A stretch of 64,000 bases of DNA, from positions 55,056,001 to 55,120,000 of the forward strand of contig OZ024743.1 of the NCBI GenBank assembly GCA_964016885.1, written 5' to 3'. The translations under genes and the position numbers were made by a program. The notes below the pieces were generated by a model. The model did not search any database, was not told the DNA's origin, and was given only the letters and a program-made list of their open reading frames with translations. How positions within the stretch are numbered: the stretch's first letter is position 1; every line of letters begins with the position of its first letter. Shown in pieces: positions 58,368-64,000 of the stretch. Source of the stretch: Eledone cirrhosa. Its lineage: Eukaryota.

Positions 58368-61067
58368 TTAATTGTAAGTTGTGATGTTGCTGTTCCACTC
58401 ATATTTTCTGTTTAATTTTGGTTGTAATTCTTTTATGCTTCCTGCCTCTGTAATTTGCCTAAACATTGCATCTTTTCTGTGTGTGGATTCTATTTTTATT
58501 TCTATGTTCTCTAATCTACCCCTGTGTTCTATCTTAGCATGTTGGTAGAGCACAGATGATTCTTTATTATCTTGAAGGTCTCGCCAGTGTTCATTTATTC
58601 GTTCCCCTATACTACGAGCTGTCTCACCTATGTACACTATATTTTTGTTTCTACATTGTCCTTCAGTACATCTTATGCTATGCACTACATTTCTAGTTTT
58701 ACAGTTAATATGGGGGCTTATTTTACAGGTTATACATTTGTTATCTATACATGAGGGTCTTTGGAACGGGTATGTCTTGCTAATAAGTGTTTTTATGGAG
58801 GTACCTGGTCTTTCTACTATCTTAATATTGAGTTTATGTTTATTTAGGGCCCTTCTAAATTTGTAGGCTAGTTCGCCTCTAGGGGTTGTATTGATGAACA
58901 TTACACTCTGGTATTTATTGCTATCATACCATGAGTTTATTCTATTGGCCTTGTTCCTAGTTCTTTCTATTCTATTCCAAAATTTGCTCCTGTACAAGGG
59001 GCAGGTCCCATTTATGTCATTATTTACCATTTTTTCCCATTTGGTTCTGGCTCCTTTATACACTCTGATTCTATCTCTCTGATTGTAGCCAGAGAACTGC
59101 ATACGGTGGATGAAGTGTTGTATGTGTCTCTCTAGTTCTTCGGGGTTGCACATGCGGGACACATTTCTCATCACCCGTACCAAATCCGCAATCAGTATGT
59201 TGATTTTGGTATGGTCCGAAATGGCCGAGTTTCGGTGGATCAGATGTTTGGAAGTCATGGGTTTGGCATAATGGGAATGGAGGATTTGTTTTTGGTTGTT
59301 AATGGTATCTAACCAGAGCTCTGTGTCTAGTACAGGTAATCGATGGTTGGGGTGTCTACTTGGGTAGTCTATAGTAACTCTAATGCTCTGGTGGGTGGAG
59401 TTTGCTATTTGCTGGATGCTTTCCATTGTGTTTTTCTCTAGTTCCTGACTGTTCTTTAGTGGGGGTGTCTTAACTACGATGTTTATATCATCTACGTAGC
59501 GGGAGTACATTATCAGGGTTAAGCTGTTTTCTAATTGTTCTTTAAGTTTTTGTTTAAGTCTACAGTCCCACCATACCATGAATAGGTTAGCTATGTCGCC
59601 TGCAATGCTAACACCAATGGCTGCTCCTTCCTCTTGGGCATATGTTTTACCATTAAATTTGAACATATGTTCCTTAAGGGTTAATTTTATGCTGGCCCCT
59701 ACCGCATGTGCAATCATTTTCTTCAGTTCATCGTGGTTTTCGGGTGTCCGTATGGCTCTGGTCCACCCGTTCCATCTATCTGTGTGGGTTTTCTTGGCCA
59801 TTGAGGTAATGGTAGGTGGTCTGCCTCTTGCTGGTCTTGTAGGGCACAGGTTGCTAAGGTCATAAGTGTCTAGGTAACTATTACTATGGGTAAGCTTAAG
59901 TAGAAGTCCCAGCTCACTGGTATCAATCCCACGGAACTCAACCTTGCTCTCGCTGATAATTTCTACGCATTTCTCCACAGCAAAATCCACGTCAATAGAT
60001 GGATACAGGGACACAATATCCATACTGCCTATTATGCAGTTTGTTAGGTCCCCAGATCGGTTACCCGCGCCGATTCTGCGGAGGAGGTCCTCCGTGCTGT
60101 CACATACATCTGGGGACATCTCAATAATGGGGCGTATGATCAGGGAGAGGAAGTAGGACAGTCTGTAGTTACTAGCAATGTTAGCCCCACAGACTGGCCG
60201 TGTTAGTGGTCCCGCGACAGGGTTCCAGCCCGTTTTATGGTCTTTTCGAAGCCCATACAACGCCGGCACGTCATTGTTCCAGACCTGGAAGTTGTTGGCA
60301 GTCCTTTTGTTGGGCTGCATTATATTCGTCCACATCACCATATGGGCATTGAGGGCTTTTTCTCTATCCTCATGCTCCTGTGGTGTTACCTCTCTTGTGT
60401 TAGTGATGTGGGGTTGCATTGCCTGGATGTAGTTTGGCAGGCTGTCAACCGACATTCTGCCAGACTTGTCTGTTGGAAAACATGCTATCTCTCCATTACG
60501 CGAGCGCTGCATGAGCTTACGCAAGCCATTTGCAGATTTTTCTCCCAGTTGCTGGGCCTCTATTCTATTATGCTTCTTGCTATACTGTTCTATAATATTT
60601 CTAAGTTCTGATTCAGCTATACTAAATTGTGCTTCTGTTTGTTCATCGACCTGCGACGGCAACTGCGTGCGTTTGTTAAATGGCAAAGTCGTGGCGTGGA
60701 CTCGTCGCAGGTCGAATGATTTATCGGAGGGATTATAAAACGGAGAGTTCCAGGCTGCTGCTTTATGTGTACTAGTGCTATTGTTATTGTTAGTTGTGTT
60801 GTTTCTATTTCTATTTCCACCAACAGCCTCATGGTTGTTTCTATGTCTCTCATAATTACTCCTGTCTCTTTCCACTGGCTCAATGTTGTTATCTACCCTA
60901 TTTTGTGTGTCTGTGTGTTCGTCTTGGTTATTCTCTTTGTCCTTAGTTTCCCATCTCCTTTTCCTTTTAATCCTATTACTTTCCCTTATTTCTCTGATTT
61001 CTGTGCTACTGTCATTACTTGTTTTCTGTGTCTGTGTGTTTGTTAAGATTGTGGTGGTGAGAGGCAT
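58368..61067 (-). CDS. PLE polyprotein: reverse transcriptase, Cys-rich linker and C-terminal GIY-YIG endonuclease
   Basis: RT motifs TDKSG, LYGLRKDHK, RPV, SMDIVSLYPSID, FNGKTYAQEEGAAIG, YSRYVDDI. Linker CIDNKCITC. Endonuclease VVHSIRC..C..VYIGETARSIGERINEH..H..EA..I...P.LN. Confidence 0.95.
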   Translation of the reverse strand: MPLTTTILTNTQTQKTSNDSSTEIREIRESNRIKRKRRWETKDKENNQDEHTDTQNRVDNNIEPVERDRSNYERHRNNHEAVGGNRNRNNTTNNNNSTSTHKAAAWNSPFYNPSDKSFDLRRVHATTLPFNKRTQLPSQVDEQTEAQFSIAESELRNIIEQYSKKHNRIEAQQLGEKSANGLRKLMQRSRNGEIACFPTDKSGRMSVDSLPNYIQAMQPHITNTREVTPQEHEDREKALNAHMVMWTNIMQPNKRTANNFQVWNNDVPALYGLRKDHKTGWNPVAGPLTRPVCGANIASNYRLSYFLSLIIRPIIEMSPDVCDSTEDLLRRIGAGNRSGDLTNCIIGSMDIVSLYPSIDVDFAVEKCVEIISESKVEFRGIDTSELGLLLKLTHSNSYLDTYDLSNLCPTRPARGRPPTITSMAKKTHTDRWNGWTRAIRTPENHDELKKMIAHAVGASIKLTLKEHMFKFNGKTYAQEEGAAIGVSIAGDIANLFMVWWDCRLKQKLKEQLENSLTLIMYSRYVDDINIVVKTPPLKNSQELEKNTMESIQQIANSTHQSIRVTIDYPSRHPNHRLPVLDTELWLDTINNQKQILHSHYAKPMTSKHLIHRNSAISDHTKINILIADLVRVMRNVSRMCNPEELERHIQHFIHRMQFSGYNQRDRIRVYKGARTKWEKMVNNDINGTCPLYRSKFWNRIERTRNKANRINSWYDSNKYQSVMFINTTPRGELAYKFRRALNKHKLNIKIVERPGTSIKTLISKTYPFQRPSCIDNKCITCKISPHINCKTRNVVHSIRCTEGQCRNKNIVYIGETARSIGERINEHWRDLQDNKESSVLYQHAKIEHRGRLENIEIKIESTHRKDAMFRQITEAGSIKELQPKLNRKYEWNSNITTYN

Positions 61068-62043
61068 TGAATGCGTGTGTGTTGTTGTTGTTGATGTGTG
61101 TTGTTGTCTCCGTGTGTGTTATCGTTGTTGTGTGTGTTGTTATTGTTGTTTGTGTCTGCGTGTCTGTTGTTGTTGTATCTGGGTATGTTGCTATTGTTGT
61201 TGTTGTTGATGTGTGTGTTGTTGTTATTGTTGTTTGTGTCTGTGTGTCTGTTGTTGTTGGGATGTGTGTTGTATATGTGTGTGCGTATATTGTTGCTTTT
61301 GTTTTTGATGCTCCAGCGTAGTTTTGTAAATGATTTTTCTATTTCTGACAGACAACTAATCGTATTTACCTTCTTGAATGTCGCAAATTTGGGCGGCAGA
61401 CATAACACAGACATTTCATTATTATCTATTTCCGTGTTCCCATAGATGTTGGTATTTTTTTTTTGTTGTTGAACTCTTCTGATAATGAGGTGTCGGCCAT
61501 GTTGATACCGTCAATTTTGTCGGGATATCTATTGGTATACTCTATAGTATCCCGATTTAGCTTTGCCTGTTTAAGCCACTTTAATTTCTTGTTAAAGTGC
61601 TTATCACATTCTTGAGTAATGTACTGTTCTTCGGGGCGTATAAGGCTTATAAATATTAGTTTTTCTGTTGGTGTGGTGATTTTAGCTATTTCTTGCATTA
61701 GGTTACGCTTTTGTTTTTCTTGATGACTTAATTCTCTATAGATCTTCTTTTTTATGTTTTGAATTAAAGTTCGTTTTAGCCTATCTGCTTGTTTTTTGGT
61801 GAGTTGTAATCTTCTAACGTCGGTATTGATGGTGTTGGTGTAGATTCTAGAAGTGGTGCACAGCTTTATGAGGTGTAGTTGTCGAGATGTTATGGTTTTT
61901 CGTAGACAACAGAACATGGTGGTTTTCAGTATCTTGTTAGCCTGGCTAAGGCTTACGATATTTCGTTTCTGAATTTGTTTAGCAAGATTCTTTATCTGAA
62001 ATCGTGTGTTGAAACCGATATTGTTATACTTTGGGAGGGCCAT
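61043..62043 (-). CDS. N-terminal part of the PLE ORF, split by frameshifts (ORF pieces 61426-62043 and 61043-61414)
   Basis: ATG (MALPKYNN) lies inside the 5' pseudo-LTR. The frame changes near the T10 run at 61455-61464 into IYGNTEIDNNEMSVLCLPPKFA, and changes again within the (AAC)/(CA)-rich linker near 61030-61100. Confidence 0.75.
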
Positions 62044-62319
62044 GTTGCCAATAAGAAACACACGCACCAGTTGCTTTCACTTCAATTTATTATATATTTA
62101 TAAATTTATAAATTTACAAATCTACAAACTTATAAATTTCTGGTTGGTTGGTTGGTTCCACAACCAGATAGTTGTTTATATATAGTCATAGTCCTTTCGT
62201 CACACACTCTGTGACCTCTTCAGTGACTGGGGATTCCTTTCTTTGTTTCTGTGCCTTTCCTTTCTTCTATCCTACGCCATTTTGTTTCTGTGTGTGTGTT
62301 GTGTGCTCAGTTAGCGCAT
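62017..62319 (-). repeat. 5' pseudo-LTR of the PLE
   Basis: Direct repeat of 57927-58228; contains the hammerhead and the ORF start. Confidence 0.95.
62184..62228 (-). ncRNA. Minimal type I hammerhead ribozyme (PLE 5' pLTR)
   Basis: Identical to 58093-58137. Confidence 0.85.
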
Positions 62320-62339
62320 CAAGAAAGAATCCCAAAAGG

Positions 62340-63217
62340 CGTGGTTATAAGAGGCTTAGCTCTGTTTCTCGACCGTTATATCGCGTGACTGTCTCCCCCT
62401 CCGCCTTTTGGGATTCTTTCTCACGTCGTGTAGACGCGTTCTTGAGACTAGTAAAATGAGGTATCCTCTTGATAAGTCGGCAGACCTCGCAAGGACTCTA
62501 TATCTTTGATATATTGTTTTTGTTTATGCCACGAAACTACGTAGTCGAGGAATTTAGGAACAGTTTAGGTATGATACATTTTATTACTAATTATATCTAA
62601 ATGTTTCTTCTCTCTTCATAATGTATTTTTAACTCTGATACTGGTTCAGTCTGGTTCAAACTGAATTGGTCTGTCCCAGTCATTCATTGAGCAACATCGG
62701 TGAAGTTGGCACCCTTAACTCACAGTTGGGTGCGGATGCATTCATGTATATATGTGTGTGTCCGCATGTATCTGTGTGTTTCTAAATATATTAATAACTC
62801 CCTCTGGTCGAGCAATCTTTGAAGTGTGGGGACAACTGGAAAGCTTCCATTACTCATACTTCTCGCCTTCTTCACTACCTCTTCTACGGCCTCGATATGA
62901 ATACCCCCTCCGCCTCCGTGGTATTTTCTTCGTGGTTATAAGAGGCTTAGCTCTGTTTCTCGACCGTTATATCGCGTGACTGTCTCCCCCTCCGCCTTTT
63001 GGGATTCTTTCTCACGTCGTGTAGACGCGTTCTTGAGACTAGTAAAATGAGGTATCCTCTTGATAAGTCGGCAGACCTCGCAAGGACTCTATATCTTTGA
63101 TATATTGTTTTTGTTTATGCCACGAAACTACGTAGTCGAGGAATTTAGGAACAGTTTAGGTATGATACATTTTATTACTAATTATATCTAAATGTTTCTT
63201 TTCTCTTCATAATGTAT
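62340..63217. repeat. 287-bp direct repeat with a 591-bp period, adjoining the PLE 5' end
   Basis: 62340-62626 matches 62931-63217 (one mismatch seen) and ends at a (TA)n tract. Confidence 0.92.
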
Positions 63218-63499
63218 ATATATATATAGTAATAATAATAAATTTGAAGACTAAAATCCAAAGATGACTCGATAAGGATAAATATATATCAAATATATAA
63301 GAACCGTAGACCAAATATTTATTAAAATAACAGATTAAAGTTTAAGCAAAGAATCGCTGCTTTCTCCCTTAACGGGATCTTCTGAAATTAAGAGTGAAAG
63401 GAGTGATTCTTTGCTTAAACTTTAACCTGTTATTTTAATATATATATATATAGTAATAATGACTATGATGACTAAAACCCGAAGAGGGTTCGAAAAGGA

Positions 63500-63891
63500 T
63501 TATGTGTATATAATCTCTCTCTAAATCAAATTCTTGTCTCTCTGTCTGTCTCTCTGTCTCTCTGTCTCTCTGTCTGTATGTCTGCCTCTTCCTATGCATT
63601 CTCTAACGGCTGAACCAAATCAAATTAAATTTTACACGGTAATAGTATTGGTACGTTATTAAATACACACACACATCTACACATACATGAATTACTAAAT
63701 GAATATTGTTTACCCTAAGGCTCTTCATTATTGACAGATATTCATTTCTAAATTATATTATCATTAAGATTTTTCATAAAATATAGATATTTTAAAATAA
63801 TTATGAGAAAAAAAAACATATCTTCATATTTATTGTTTACTAATCTGAATAAGAACTGCAGTAACCTTGGCAACGCCGGGTAATTCAGGTA

Positions 63892-63893
<2 letters not shown>
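63500..63893 (+). mobile_element. Non-autonomous Helitron-like element
   Basis: (CTGT)n and aacggctgaacc..aaattttacac at the 5' side; ggcaacgccgggtaattcaggtag|t at the 3' end. Confidence 0.55.
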
Positions 63894-63925
<32 letters not shown>

Positions 63926-64000
63926 ACTAGAAATTGATTAACATATATATAAACATGAATAATCACAGGAGATATGGTGCAGCCGTTATGGCATGACACC

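Larger units (their letters stand above)
57927..62319 (-). mobile_element. Near-full-length Penelope-like retroelement (PLE), probably Naiad-type, with direct pseudo-LTRs, inserted next to a (TA)n tract
   Basis: 899-aa RT/GIY-YIG ORF. Near-identical ~300 bp direct repeats at 57927-58228 and 62017-62319, each with a hammerhead. The 3' end abuts (TA)n at 57903-57930. Confidence 0.95.

Noticed and set aside
58600-58770. Selenocysteine recoding, as reported for some Naiad PLEs
   Set aside because: The Cys positions are ordinary Cys codons, and the 899-aa ORF has no in-frame TGA.
59578-61445. Plus-strand ORFs overlapping the PLE
   Set aside because: They are antisense shadows of the RT ORF and its microsatellite linker.
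57927-62319. LTR retrotransposon interpretation of the direct repeats
   Set aside because: There are no TG..CA ends, gag, protease or integrase; the RT plus GIY-YIG combination identifies a PLE.

Overview
AT-rich eukaryotic (animal) DNA dominated by (TA)n, (CA)n, (TATG)n and (GA)n microsatellites, tRNA-derived SINEs, decayed LINE fragments (RTE, CR1, CRE-like), MITEs and Helitron ends. The repeat content resembles cephalopod (Octopus-type) genomes; this is an inference. Almost all ORFs in the supplied track are microsatellite artefacts, and no host protein-coding exon can be firmly identified. The main feature is a near-full-length Penelope-like retroelement (PLE; 57927-62319, minus strand). 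It encodes RT, a Cys-rich linker and a C-terminal GIY-YIG endonuclease (probably Naiad-type), and has ~300 bp direct pseudo-LTRs that each carry a minimal type I hammerhead ribozyme (HHR). By eye, the window holds at least 10 hammerhead motifs with canonical cores from about five unrelated sequence families, plus several degenerate ones. Many sit in short elements that abut (TA)n tracts and form fold-back palindromes or direct-repeat (retrozyme-like) units. Together these suggest a set of ribozyme-bearing retroelements that insert into (TA)n microsatellites by ATAT microhomology priming. All coordinates and pairings were read manually, and boundaries of decayed repeats are approximate.
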